Source: an uncultured Candidatus Saccharibacteria bacterium
Lineage (GTDB): Bacteria; Patescibacteriota; Minisyncoccia; UBA6257; GWB1-50-10
Reading direction: 5' to 3'
Assembly (NCBI GenBank): GCA_964356375.1
Contig: CAYHGT010000005.1
Location: forward strand, 1-55,221
Length of the DNA: 55,221 nt
How positions within the stretch are numbered: the first letter of the stretch is position 1; each line of letters opens with the position of its first letter. Position numbers and translations under genes: made by a program. The notes below the pieces were generated by a model that saw only the letters and a list, made by a program, of their open reading frames with translations, made no database searches and had not been told where the DNA came from. Shown one piece after another: positions 17,501 through 25,751 of the stretch.

Positions 17501-17879
17501 TGGACTCTATGCATCAGCACAGGGTGGAACTCAGAGCGATACGTCAGTGACGCTCGCAACGAGCTCAACCTCAGGCGGTGCAACGGGTGCTTCTTCATCA
17601 ATTCCGTTTGACTTGAGCGCGTCTGGCTCATCTGAACCGAACCGCACAATTAACGGCGGCTCGTCAAGATTCTTGACCATCAAGACAAGTGGTGTTGCAG
17701 CGAACAACGATACCTTCGCGCTCTCAATCAGCGCATTGGGTAACGCGACGTACTTTGTAAAGGAATCAGATTTGGGTTACAGCGGAAATCCGTTCACTAA
17801 CTCAACAATCTTGGATACCTTGCCTGGTATGTACATGTCAGGTGTGCCTTCACTCGGTACTGTTACCGCGAAGACATAA
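14514..17879 (+). CDS. Large secreted surface (S-layer-like) protein with N-terminal peptidoglycan-binding-like domain
   Basis: Signal peptide, 'IAALLAQISALQAQL' coil, 'NLTLGSKGADVKALQ...FGPLTKAAVIAWQ...GFVGPLSRAKLN', then ~1000 aa of T/S/V/A-rich beta repeats. Confidence 0.85.
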   Translation: MSKITIKFAAVGVAIMTVASLSGPVFAQTVDVSAQIAALLAQISALQAQLGAPASTSSFNFAKNLTLGSKGADVKALQGVLISGGFLKIAAPTNFFGPLTKAAVIAWQKSVGISPASGFVGPLSRAKLNAAVVTTPPSGPVGTPVPAGTDLVVTKAVNSPSDRTIGSGTAFNPALVLNLTAGSKAVKVTSLTVFKSGFLGNTNLNGVDVVDSMRVRHGNVISSVGADNTIVIGFPTAPITIAAGMTETVTIRFNLVSGAMTGTVVMSLQSVAAISADTSAISGAFPISGGIMNVVNGSTSLAGVSLDALTSTGSSSLSVDPANWQEITKFRVKETTSNEGTKIYSWMLYNYGNAGSGDYSDVQLLDQTGTVLATAQPMGQYITFNLSANPYLIDKGMTKDFTVRAKLINGTTKTIQLVTYDNYDLDIRGIATGVSILPTFGSNDLAFPIGNGFNIQTIGSGTMTLSRSVDTPSAAVTPGTNDTVLAKYNAKPTGENMELRQVSFGISGLTTALTGTVYVRVNDATVYSVAASTLATSGAVSTITLSTYPILTAGVNNTIVVTGSVNSSAVSTDVYTVKSFDLIQAKRLVTNDLVDPGTSAIDGLAIAIQAGKITITNLSTPSTQSVVRGTVGFEFAQVQLSAQGGGEDIKVSKVVLTDTSAGATDLTNAVIYKDSDTSPLVTSASTASFSAALNGTVTFNFQTPVLVTRATPVVFHVKADVTTGASTSTTHSFNIAASTATAYGSVTGNSLSGTSLIAAGTSNTMSVASSGTLTLSLVSGSGATPSSDQVVTAGTTGATYLAFKLTSQVETQKITSLKVTASGTALSTTTLKNIALYQDAASTPFTTAGQWDSCASNTCTVTFTATDNLLSAAVPTTGTTIYVKGDVPAGGSGVTLADSFKLSIAANTDIVVKGAVSAATTTATGTAVPTAISYVAPQSVVVSAVSPTGATQVGLSSGQVVGIFQVTNNGTAPIYLATTTKFTVTNGGSATTSVTFGLYASAQGGTQSDTSVTLATSSTSGGATGASSSIPFDLSASGSSEPNRTINGGSSRFLTIKTSGVAANNDTFALSISALGNATYFVKESDLGYSGNPFTNSTILDTLPGMYMSGVPSLGTVTAKT

Positions 17880-17896
17880 CCTCTCGTTTAGTTGAA

Positions 17897-17929
17897 ACTA
17901 AAAAGGCCCCTTCGGGGGTCTTTTTAGTT
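17897..17929 (+). terminator. Intrinsic terminator (bidirectional type)
   Basis: AACTAAAAAGGCCCC-TTCG-GGGGTCTTTTTAGTT-type hairpin. Confidence 0.85.
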
Positions 17930-17930
17930 C

Positions 17931-18171
17931 ACTGATTTATACGGATTACTACTGATTTATACGGATAATTACTACCTGATTAATCCTGATAAGGACACGG
18001 ATTTATACTGATTACTACTACTACCGGATTAATACGGATTATTATACTACGCGGATAAATGCCGATTTTAACGGATAGATATTGATAAAATATCCGTATT
18101 AATCCGCGTCTTTATCCGTATAAATCCGTGTCCTTATCCGCATAAATCCGCCCCATCAGTATTAATCCGTG
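17931..18171. repeat. Degenerate ~10 bp repeat array with inverted second half
   Basis: ACTGATTTAT/ACGGATTAAT units followed by ATCCGTATTA/ATCCGTATAA units. Confidence 0.85.
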
Positions 18172-18208
18172 AATCAAAAGCCCCGCGTTATGCGGGGTTT
18201 TTGATTCA
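18170..18208 (-). terminator. Terminator hairpin of the 18216-19865 gene
   Basis: TGAATCAAAAGCCCCGC / GCGGGGTTTTTGATTCA. Confidence 0.8.
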
Positions 18209-18215
18209 TCAGATG

Positions 18216-19865
18216 TTAAAGGCCGATTGATTTCAGATACGCTTTTGTAAGCGGTCCGAATGCGCCTCTCGCGGGACTCACACCCACGCTTGCCTGATAC
18301 TTTGCGAGTGCTGATTTTGTAGCAGAGCCAAATCGCGTGGTCTCGTTACCCGAGGAACCTGGACCCGATGCGGTAACCATGAAGCCATTAGTGTTCAAGA
18401 ATTGCTGGAGCATCTTTACTTCAGATCCTACTGCGCCAAGCGAAAGATTTTTTGCATCAGAAAGATTTGATGATGGTGTAAGATACACTTTCATACTATC
18501 CGGAATCGCAATGCCTAATGCTGACGCCTGTGCTACAAGCGCTTTTAATTGTGCCATAAGCGCATTTAATTGCTGTTGCTGATCTGGTGTTGCGCTCGGT
18601 GCGGGTGTGACCGCGGGAGCAACTACTGGGGTTGGAGTTACTGGCGTAGGAGCCGGTGTAGGTGTGGAAGTGGTAATAGGCGCTGGGGTTGAACCTTGTG
18701 CCGTACCCGATCCTCCTGCATTAATATAGCCAACTCGAGATGCTGAATCTCCGGTGATAAGTCCTCCTCCGCTTGCGGCAAGCATAAATGATTCTCCGCT
18801 TGCCGAGGCAACGTAATACACATTGCCAAATGATGCAATACCTGCGACGGCGGTTGCGGTTCCATTAGTAACACTGCCTGCAGTGGTTGAGGTGGGAGTG
18901 AGAGTGACGATAGATGTAAAATCTACATCAAGACCTCCATCCGCGTCTTGTGCACTTACTGCCGGTTGTGTTGAAAGCGCTGCGCTGCGATATGCACTTG
19001 ATGGTTGGGTGGTGAATACAAGTTTTGTAGCCACGATACGCGCAGTAAGATTGGTTGAGGTCGTAGAGAGTGTTCCATCTGATGCGGTAAGGAAGAATAC
19101 TCCGTTATCTGTTGAGGTGGTGTATTTCACGCCGGAGAACGTGGATGAACCACTTACTGCAGTTGAGGTAGTTCCTCCTGCTAAGGTTCCGCCGAAGCCG
19201 GTGGTACTAAGAGTGATAATTGATGCGTAAGTTGAACTTACGTTCGCATACTGGTCTTGCGCGGTTACCTTTGGTTGCGTGACGAACGCAATGCCGCTTG
19301 TTGCGCTCGCGGGCTGTGTAGTAAAGGAAAGCGTCAATGCGCCCATGGTAAGCGTATTGCCCGCGACGGAGGTCGTCTCTTCCGCGTTTGTTGTTATGCT
19401 TGATGTTGCGGTTGCGCCGGACGTCGTCGCGTTTGTGATGCCTGCGAGAATATAGAATGATGTTGTGCTTGCCGTAAGCAATGTAGAAGACATTGAGATG
19501 GCAATTGAACGTGTTGCCACGGTGCCGGTTGCTGCAGTAATTGCGGACGTTGCGTTACCGACGGTGATAGCCGCTGTGTTGCCATTTATTGCCGTGATGT
19601 TACTTGTGCTGATAGCTCCGCTTGTAATTGTATATCCAGTTGGGAATTGAACCGTGATAAGTGTGGTCGCGGTACTTGTAGAAGAGATAAACGATATTTT
19701 GTAGTCCGCATTTGCTGTGCCGACCACGTAATCCGCGGTTGAACTTGGTGTTACCGAACCAGAAGTTATTGTTGCAGATGCGATGTTTACGCTACTCAAA
19801 AGCATAAATGCAACGAGGAGCGCAAATGGGAAACCGAATTTTGTAATTGATGATTTAATTTTCAT
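18216..19865 (-). CDS. Secreted Thr/Ser-rich surface protein with Ig-like repeats and C-terminal peptidoglycan-binding-like domain
   Basis: Signal peptide, two 'L.FTTQP.SA......TQP.V.AQD' repeats, PT linker, 'NLSLGAVGSEVKMLQQFLN...FGSATKSALAKYQ...FGPLTKAYL'. Confidence 0.85.
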   Translation of the reverse strand: MKIKSSITKFGFPFALLVAFMLLSSVNIASATITSGSVTPSSTADYVVGTANADYKISFISSTSTATTLITVQFPTGYTITSGAISTSNITAINGNTAAITVGNATSAITAATGTVATRSIAISMSSTLLTASTTSFYILAGITNATTSGATATSSITTNAEETTSVAGNTLTMGALTLSFTTQPASATSGIAFVTQPKVTAQDQYANVSSTYASIITLSTTGFGGTLAGGTTSTAVSGSSTFSGVKYTTSTDNGVFFLTASDGTLSTTSTNLTARIVATKLVFTTQPSSAYRSAALSTQPAVSAQDADGGLDVDFTSIVTLTPTSTTAGSVTNGTATAVAGIASFGNVYYVASASGESFMLAASGGGLITGDSASRVGYINAGGSGTAQGSTPAPITTSTPTPAPTPVTPTPVVAPAVTPAPSATPDQQQQLNALMAQLKALVAQASALGIAIPDSMKVYLTPSSNLSDAKNLSLGAVGSEVKMLQQFLNTNGFMVTASGPGSSGNETTRFGSATKSALAKYQASVGVSPARGAFGPLTKAYLKSIGL

Positions 19866-19963
19866 AGTTATTATTTTTTTTCAAACAACCGAAAAACACG
19901 TACGACCTTTTTGATTTATTTTACACTTAATCGGTGCGTTTAGTATACCATATTATGCACTAT

Positions 19964-20065
19964 CGGATTTGTACTGATTATTACTACTGGATTTATACGG
20001 ATAAGTAGTCGGTATTTGTTTGTGTTGTTAAAATCCGTATAAATCTGTTACAATCCGTATTAATC
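19964..20065. repeat. Second ~10 bp repeat array (same family as 17931-18171)
   Basis: CGGATTTGTACTGAT..GGATTTATACGGAT, then ATCCGTATAAATCTGT..ATCCGTATTAATC ending at the next ATG. Confidence 0.8.
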
Positions 20066-21388
20066 ATGTCAAATTATTTTAAGATTTCTAAGTTTCTTCT
20101 CGTACTGCCTGTATTGGGGATTTTTATCGTGAGCACCTCAACGCTTTTCCCATTTATTGTAGGAAAATACGTCTGGTTTCGTTCGGCGGTTGATTTTGCG
20201 TTTATCGCATTCCTTTTAGGGCTTTTATTCAATGATGATCTGGGCCATATGTGGGAGAGGGTGAAAGCGGTATTCAAGCAACCACTTGTCATTGCGGTCT
20301 CACTCTTTGTGGCCGTGTTTCTCCTCGCTGGATTCTTCGGTGTGGACCCAATGATGTCTTTCTGGTCAAATTTTGAGCGTGGTGAGGGCGGGCTTCAGCT
20401 TCTTCATTTCTGGCTCTGGTTTACGCTTCTCGTGACATTGTTTAGAGAAGAAAAAGATTGGCAAAATATGTTTGTTTTTGCACTTATTGGGGGCGCCCTA
20501 ATGGCAGCGTACGGATTTCTTGCGGGTTTGGGCGCAAACGGATTTATCGGTCCAAAGTTCGGAGAGGGTAGGATGTCGGGCTCTATTGGTAATTCATCCT
20601 ATACGGCTGCGTACTCAATATTTATGTTGTTTTATATCGGTTATTTATTGGTGAGTAAATATAAAACAAGGTTGCGTTCGGCTGGCGCGTTTATTCTTTA
20701 TGCGCTTGCAGTTGTTTTCTTGATTGTATTCGTGCTTGCGGCAACGAGAGGCGCCTTTATGGGACTTGTCGTATCCGCAACTGCATTTATGGGATTCTTT
20801 GTGTATACACACAAAGCGTGGCGTAAGTGGCTCATTACCGCCATGGTTGCATTGGTATTAGTCGTTGGTCTCGGTATCAAGTTCAAAGATTCAACATTCA
20901 TAAAATCTTTGCCGGGTTCTCGTATTTTTGATATTTCGGTGAACGCGGAAACATTTTCAGATCGCACCATTATGTGGAAGATTGCACTGAATGGCGCGAA
21001 GGATCATCCGTTTTTGGGTTGGGGTCCTGAAAACTACCTCCACATATTTGACCAGCGTTTTGAAACAAGTTATTTCAAGCCCACCGCCGGATTTGGTGCG
21101 TGGTTTGATAGGGCGCACAGTATCTATTTTGACTATCTCGCGGAAACCGGTATTTTGGGCCTCGCAAGTTTCTTGGGAATTTTCGTGGTGTTCTATATGC
21201 AATTCTTTAAGAAGCGAAAAGCAGATTCTGTTTTAAGCACCAAGTCCACGATGGAACAGGCACTTCTCTTCTCAATACTTTTTGCATATCTTGTGCAAGG
21301 TATTGTGCTCTTTGATGTGTCGCCCATATACCTCAATACATTCCTCATTTTGGCGTTTGGCGCATATCAATTTAGTCCAAAGTCGTGA
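20066..21388 (+). CDS. O-antigen ligase (Wzy_C/WaaL)-family membrane protein
   Basis: Many TMs, 'R..GSIGN', 'TRGA', 'R..MW..A......HPFLGWGPENY', 'DRAHSIYFD.L.E.GILG'. Confidence 0.9.
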   Translation: MSNYFKISKFLLVLPVLGIFIVSTSTLFPFIVGKYVWFRSAVDFAFIAFLLGLLFNDDLGHMWERVKAVFKQPLVIAVSLFVAVFLLAGFFGVDPMMSFWSNFERGEGGLQLLHFWLWFTLLVTLFREEKDWQNMFVFALIGGALMAAYGFLAGLGANGFIGPKFGEGRMSGSIGNSSYTAAYSIFMLFYIGYLLVSKYKTRLRSAGAFILYALAVVFLIVFVLAATRGAFMGLVVSATAFMGFFVYTHKAWRKWLITAMVALVLVVGLGIKFKDSTFIKSLPGSRIFDISVNAETFSDRTIMWKIALNGAKDHPFLGWGPENYLHIFDQRFETSYFKPTAGFGAWFDRAHSIYFDYLAETGILGLASFLGIFVVFYMQFFKKRKADSVLSTKSTMEQALLFSILFAYLVQGIVLFDVSPIYLNTFLILAFGAYQFSPKS

Positions 21389-21419
21389 TAAAAACGGCGC
21401 ACAATTAACATACTATGAA

Positions 21420-21520
21420 ATCCCGTTATAGGTCTCAATATGAAAAACAAACATAATTTAACCTTACATATGCAACTTACAACAGTCGGAATTAAACAAA
21501 ACTTAAACTTCTAACGGGAT
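21420..21520. mobile_element. ~100 bp MITE-like element, copy 3
   Basis: ATCCCGTTATAGGT / ACTTCTAACGGGAT (2 mismatches in 14); the right end overlaps the next ATG. Confidence 0.65.
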
Positions 21521-22082
21521 GAAACAAATTGTAATTGTTCTCGGAATTATTTTGGCGGTATTAAGCTTTATTTACGGCGCAGCGTTGCCATTTATGAAAG
21601 CGGGCGCGTATATTTCGGCTATGGGGAATTTGCAGAAAGTGCGCTCCCTTCAGGGATTTAAAGACAACTTTGATGCAGTATTCAATTTCTATTCACCGGT
21701 CGGCACCGAGGAGATTACGAAGTTTCTCGCAAACGATATTGTGAATCTCGTAAGTCAGGAGCAACAGCCCGAGGCGGTGTCGCGCGAGCTCGTGGCCTAT
21801 ATTGAACCGCATCTAGAAAAGAATAATCCTCGCCACCTGATGTCTGGCGCGCAGATGCGCATGATATTATGGCTTAGGTATCAAAAAAAAGACGATTATA
21901 TGAGAACGGAGGCATATTACAAGCAAATTCTCTCATTTGGTCCAAAGTTACCACCGGCGCTCTACGGACTTTTTGAACTCTATTCACGAGCGGGAGATAA
22001 GGAAAATATGCGCAAGGTGGGTGAGACGATTCTTTCGTATTGGCCAAGCGATACGAATATAAGAGGACTTATCCAGAAATAA
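21519..22082 (+). CDS. Membrane-anchored helical (TPR-like) protein
   Basis: N-terminal TM; C-terminal 'YYKQILSFGPK....LYGL..LY...GD' TPR-like pattern. Confidence 0.7.
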   Translation: MKQIVIVLGIILAVLSFIYGAALPFMKAGAYISAMGNLQKVRSLQGFKDNFDAVFNFYSPVGTEEITKFLANDIVNLVSQEQQPEAVSRELVAYIEPHLEKNNPRHLMSGAQMRMILWLRYQKKDDYMRTEAYYKQILSFGPKLPPALYGLFELYSRAGDKENMRKVGETILSYWPSDTNIRGLIQK

Positions 22083-22129
22083 TTATTGGGTTTAGTATTT
22101 GCACACGGCGTGCATAAATAATAGTAGGT

Positions 22130-23074
22130 ATGGCGAAAAAAAATAAAACAATCGTGGTGACCGGTGGCGCGGGGTTTCTCGGTTCGCATCTTGTGGAACG
22201 CCTTCTTCGCGACGGCAATTCCGTAATATGCGTTGATAATTTTTTGACTGGTTCAAAGAAAAATATAGAGCACCTTCTCTCCAATAAGCACCTTACGTTT
22301 AAAAAACATGACGTGCGAAAACCGTTGCGTATAACGCAACATGTAGATGAGATTTACAATCTCGCGTGTCCCGCCTCGCCCGTGCATTATCAGCTTGATC
22401 CCATTGCAACATTTGAGACAAACATTAAAGGCGCCGAACACGCACTTCAGCTTGCACATACCCACAATGCGAAGGTTTTGCAGGCATCTACTTCTGAAAT
22501 ATACGGAGACCCACTGGAGCATCCTCAGCGCGAGAGTTATTGGGGAAATGTGAATTCAATCGGATTGCGCGCATGTTATGACGAGGGAAAGCGTGGCGCG
22601 GAAACTCTTTTTTTTGATTATCACCGTGTGCACGGCGTCCCAATATGCGTTATACGTATTTTTAACACATACGGCCCTCGTATGGCGGTGAATGATGGGC
22701 GCGTCGTTTCAAATTTTATTATCCAAGCATTGCGCGGAGCGGATATTACAATCTACGGCGGTGGTGAGCAGACGAGAAGCTTTCAGTATGTTGACGATTT
22801 GATTGGGGGTATGGTCAGAATGATGGCGAGCGATGATACGGGACCAATCAATATCGGAAATCCCAAGGAATTTACTATGCACGAACTTGCAGAAGAAGTA
22901 CTTGCCATTACGAAAAGCAAGAGCAAAATTATTTATAAGAAATTACCCGCAGATGACCCCAAAAGGCGTCGTCCTGACATCGCACGCGCAAAAAAAGTAC
23001 TTGGGTGGGCTCCCAAAGTTTCGTTGCATGAGGGCCTTGTGCGTACGGTGAAATACTTTAAGTCAATACTATAA
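22130..23074 (+). CDS. UDP-glucuronate decarboxylase (UDP-xylose synthase) family
   Basis: [57 protein letters not shown]. Confidence 0.93.
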   Translation: MAKKNKTIVVTGGAGFLGSHLVERLLRDGNSVICVDNFLTGSKKNIEHLLSNKHLTFKKHDVRKPLRITQHVDEIYNLACPASPVHYQLDPIATFETNIKGAEHALQLAHTHNAKVLQASTSEIYGDPLEHPQRESYWGNVNSIGLRACYDEGKRGAETLFFDYHRVHGVPICVIRIFNTYGPRMAVNDGRVVSNFIIQALRGADITIYGGGEQTRSFQYVDDLIGGMVRMMASDDTGPINIGNPKEFTMHELAEEVLAITKSKSKIIYKKLPADDPKRRRPDIARAKKVLGWAPKVSLHEGLVRTVKYFKSIL

Positions 23075-23079
23075 CAACT

Positions 23080-24810
23080 ATGTGTGGAATTTGTGGTGCG
23101 ACAAGCGGAAAAATAGGTGATAGAGACGAGCTCACGCGCGCAGTTTCTGTAATGAATACCGCGCAAGCATTGCGTGGACCAGATGACGAGGGAGCATGGT
23201 CCGATGATGATGGGTTAACCGCGCTTGGTCAGCGGCGCCTTGCCATAATCGATCTTTCTCCTGCGGGGCATCAGCCGATGAGCTATGGTGGAGGAGATTT
23301 TTGGATGACATTTAACGGCGAGATATATAATTTTGAAGAGATTAAGAAGGAATTACTTGGGAAGGGATATTTGTTCAAAACCAAAAGTGATACGGAGGTA
23401 ATTTTAGCGGGATATAAAGAATGTGGAGTAGAGATATTTAAAAAAATGAGGGGGATGTTTGCGCTTGCGTTGCATGATGGCAAAAAGAAAGAATTAATTT
23501 TGGCGCGTGATCGGTACGGCATAAAACCACTGTATTATGCAATGACCGCACACGGACTTGTGTTTGCATCAACAGTGGGAGCAATTAAAAAAAGCAGGAT
23601 GGTGGAATTACACGAAGACCCAGAGGCAAAAATAGGGTTCTTACTTTTTGGTTCGGTACCACTTCCGCAGACCACGTTTAAAGAAGTGCGTGCAGTGCGC
23701 GCGGGACACTATTTAAAATTTTCAAACGGGATAGCAAGTGAGAAAAAATATTATGATTCACTCGCCCCATTTTTGAGCAAGGTTTCTGTGTCAAAAAAAG
23801 ATGCGACTTCAAAAATTCGTGAATTACTACAAGAATCGGTTCGCTTACATTTAATAAGCGACGCCCCAATCGGAGTATTTTTAAGTGGGGGAGTGGATTC
23901 CTCAACGCTTGCAATAATTGCTTCCAAACAAAGAACCGCACCGCTTAACACGCTCTCCATTGATTTTCAAGAGGCGGAATTTTCTGAAAAAAAATATCGA
24001 GAAGGCGTAGTTCGACAAATCAAAAGCACGCACAAAGAATACGTGGTTGGGAAAGTGGACTTTGATGCGGAGCGACAGAATATTTTTGAGGCGATGGATC
24101 AGCCGACTATTGATGGTGTAAACACATATTTTGTTTCTCGCGGAGCTAAGGAGGCGTGTCTCAAAGTTGTGCTCTCGGGTCTTGGAAGCGACGAATTATT
24201 TATGGGCTACCACTACTTTAGGCGAGCAAAATTGTTTTGTAGTATTCAAAAATTTCCAAAACTACTTAAGTGGCCGCTTGCCATTCTTGCAAAGCTCGGA
24301 GGGAAGTATGCAAAGCTAATTTATCTGTATCAAAGTAAGGGATTGATGCATTTCTATCTCTCGTTGCGTGGGCTATTTTCTCCTTCAGAAATCGCGTCCA
24401 TTCTCAAAATTGATGAGGTTCTTGTGTGGAGCTATATCGCAAAGCTTGAAGATGCGGTGCCTGTTGCGTTGAATGATGTGCATCCCGCGGACGCGCTCTC
24501 TTGGCTTGAGGTCAATTTTTATATGAGCAATCAGCTTTTGAAAGACACCGATTTTATGTCTATGCAACACTCCATTGAGGTGAGGGTTCCGTTTTTGGAT
24601 CATTTGTTGGTAGAATACGTGAGTTCACTGCCCGTGGCGCTAAAACTTAGTGCTCGCCCAAAAGACCTCTTACTATCCGCTATGGGTTCTGATCTGCCAC
24701 GCGAGGTATGGGATAGACCGAGAATGGGCTTCACATTCCCGTTTGCGCAGTGGATGGGAGTGAGGTATTGGGCAAAGGACTTTGCACTACGAGTGCTAAA
24801 AAATGTATGA
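23080..24810 (+). CDS. asnB: Asparagine synthase (glutamine-hydrolysing)-family amidotransferase
   Basis: MCGI N-terminus, RGPD, NGEIYN, SDTEV, LSGGVDSS, SG.GSDE, EVRVPFLD. Confidence 0.92.
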   Translation: MCGICGATSGKIGDRDELTRAVSVMNTAQALRGPDDEGAWSDDDGLTALGQRRLAIIDLSPAGHQPMSYGGGDFWMTFNGEIYNFEEIKKELLGKGYLFKTKSDTEVILAGYKECGVEIFKKMRGMFALALHDGKKKELILARDRYGIKPLYYAMTAHGLVFASTVGAIKKSRMVELHEDPEAKIGFLLFGSVPLPQTTFKEVRAVRAGHYLKFSNGIASEKKYYDSLAPFLSKVSVSKKDATSKIRELLQESVRLHLISDAPIGVFLSGGVDSSTLAIIASKQRTAPLNTLSIDFQEAEFSEKKYREGVVRQIKSTHKEYVVGKVDFDAERQNIFEAMDQPTIDGVNTYFVSRGAKEACLKVVLSGLGSDELFMGYHYFRRAKLFCSIQKFPKLLKWPLAILAKLGGKYAKLIYLYQSKGLMHFYLSLRGLFSPSEIASILKIDEVLVWSYIAKLEDAVPVALNDVHPADALSWLEVNFYMSNQLLKDTDFMSMQHSIEVRVPFLDHLLVEYVSSLPVALKLSARPKDLLLSAMGSDLPREVWDRPRMGFTFPFAQWMGVRYWAKDFALRVLKNV

Positions 24811-25751
24811 GTAACCTAAAAGAACAATCGCCGAAGGGATTTAAAAAACCAACGCAAATCCCCTCGTCAGAAGAAGAGCGGATGGGGTGGCAAAAAGAAA
24901 ACAAGAGTTGGTGGGAGAGGAATCCCATGCGTTATGACTGGAAAGAAGTCGTGGGGTACAGAGAATTCTCAAAAGAATTTTATGAAGAAATTGATAAGCG
25001 TTTTTTCGGCAATGCAAAAGAGTATTTGAAGGATAAGAGCGCCTTACCATTTAGTGAGCTTATTGATTTTGATAACTTGAAAAATCTGGATGTGTTGGAA
25101 ATTGGGGTTGGAAACGGTAGTCACGCGCAACTTTTGGCCACACATTCTAAATCGTTTACAGGAATCGACCTTACGGAATATGGCGTAAATAGTACCTCAA
25201 AACGACTCGTACTATTTAATATATCCGCAAAAGTAGTCCAGATGGATGCCGAGAAACTAAACTTTCCGGACAATAGTTTTGATTTTGTGTGGAGCTGGGG
25301 CGTTATTCACCATTCTTCAAACACGAAAGAAATATTGAGAGAAATCGCGCGCGTGCTTCGTCCCGGGGGACGCGTGATGACAATGGTATACCATCGCGGG
25401 TGGTGGAATTATTATGTGATTGGATTATTGCGCGCATTGTTAAGTGGAAATATTTTCAAGGGCATCTCGCTGTCCGAGAGTGTCCAGCTTCAGACCGATG
25501 GGGCGATTGCGAGATACTATACGTGTGGGGAGTGGCGTAAATTTGTGGGCGAGTTTTTTGAGGTTGAAAAAGTAGTTGTGATGGGTCCGAAAACCGACAT
25601 AATCCCACTCCCGGGTGGTAGACTAAAGAGTTTTGTAATGTGGTTAGTTCCCATATGGCTTAATAAGTTATGCACCAGAAACCTAAAAATGGGCGTGTTT
25701 TTGGTCTCGGAGTTTGTGAGTGAACGTCATCTAACTAATAGGAACTCATGA
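24807..25751 (+). CDS. Class I SAM-dependent methyltransferase
   Basis: VLEIGVGNG, FDFVWSWGVIHH, RVLRPGG; ATGA overlap with asnB. Confidence 0.88.
   Translation: MSNLKEQSPKGFKKPTQIPSSEEERMGWQKENKSWWERNPMRYDWKEVVGYREFSKEFYEEIDKRFFGNAKEYLKDKSALPFSELIDFDNLKNLDVLEIGVGNGSHAQLLATHSKSFTGIDLTEYGVNSTSKRLVLFNISAKVVQMDAEKLNFPDNSFDFVWSWGVIHHSSNTKEILREIARVLRPGGRVMTMVYHRGWWNYYVIGLLRALLSGNIFKGISLSESVQLQTDGAIARYYTCGEWRKFVGEFFEVEKVVVMGPKTDIIPLPGGRLKSFVMWLVPIWLNKLCTRNLKMGVFLVSEFVSERHLTNRNS

Noticed and set aside
17931..18171. CRISPR array
   Set aside because: Units are ~10 bp, degenerate and adjacent, with no unique 30-40 bp spacers and no cas genes in the window.
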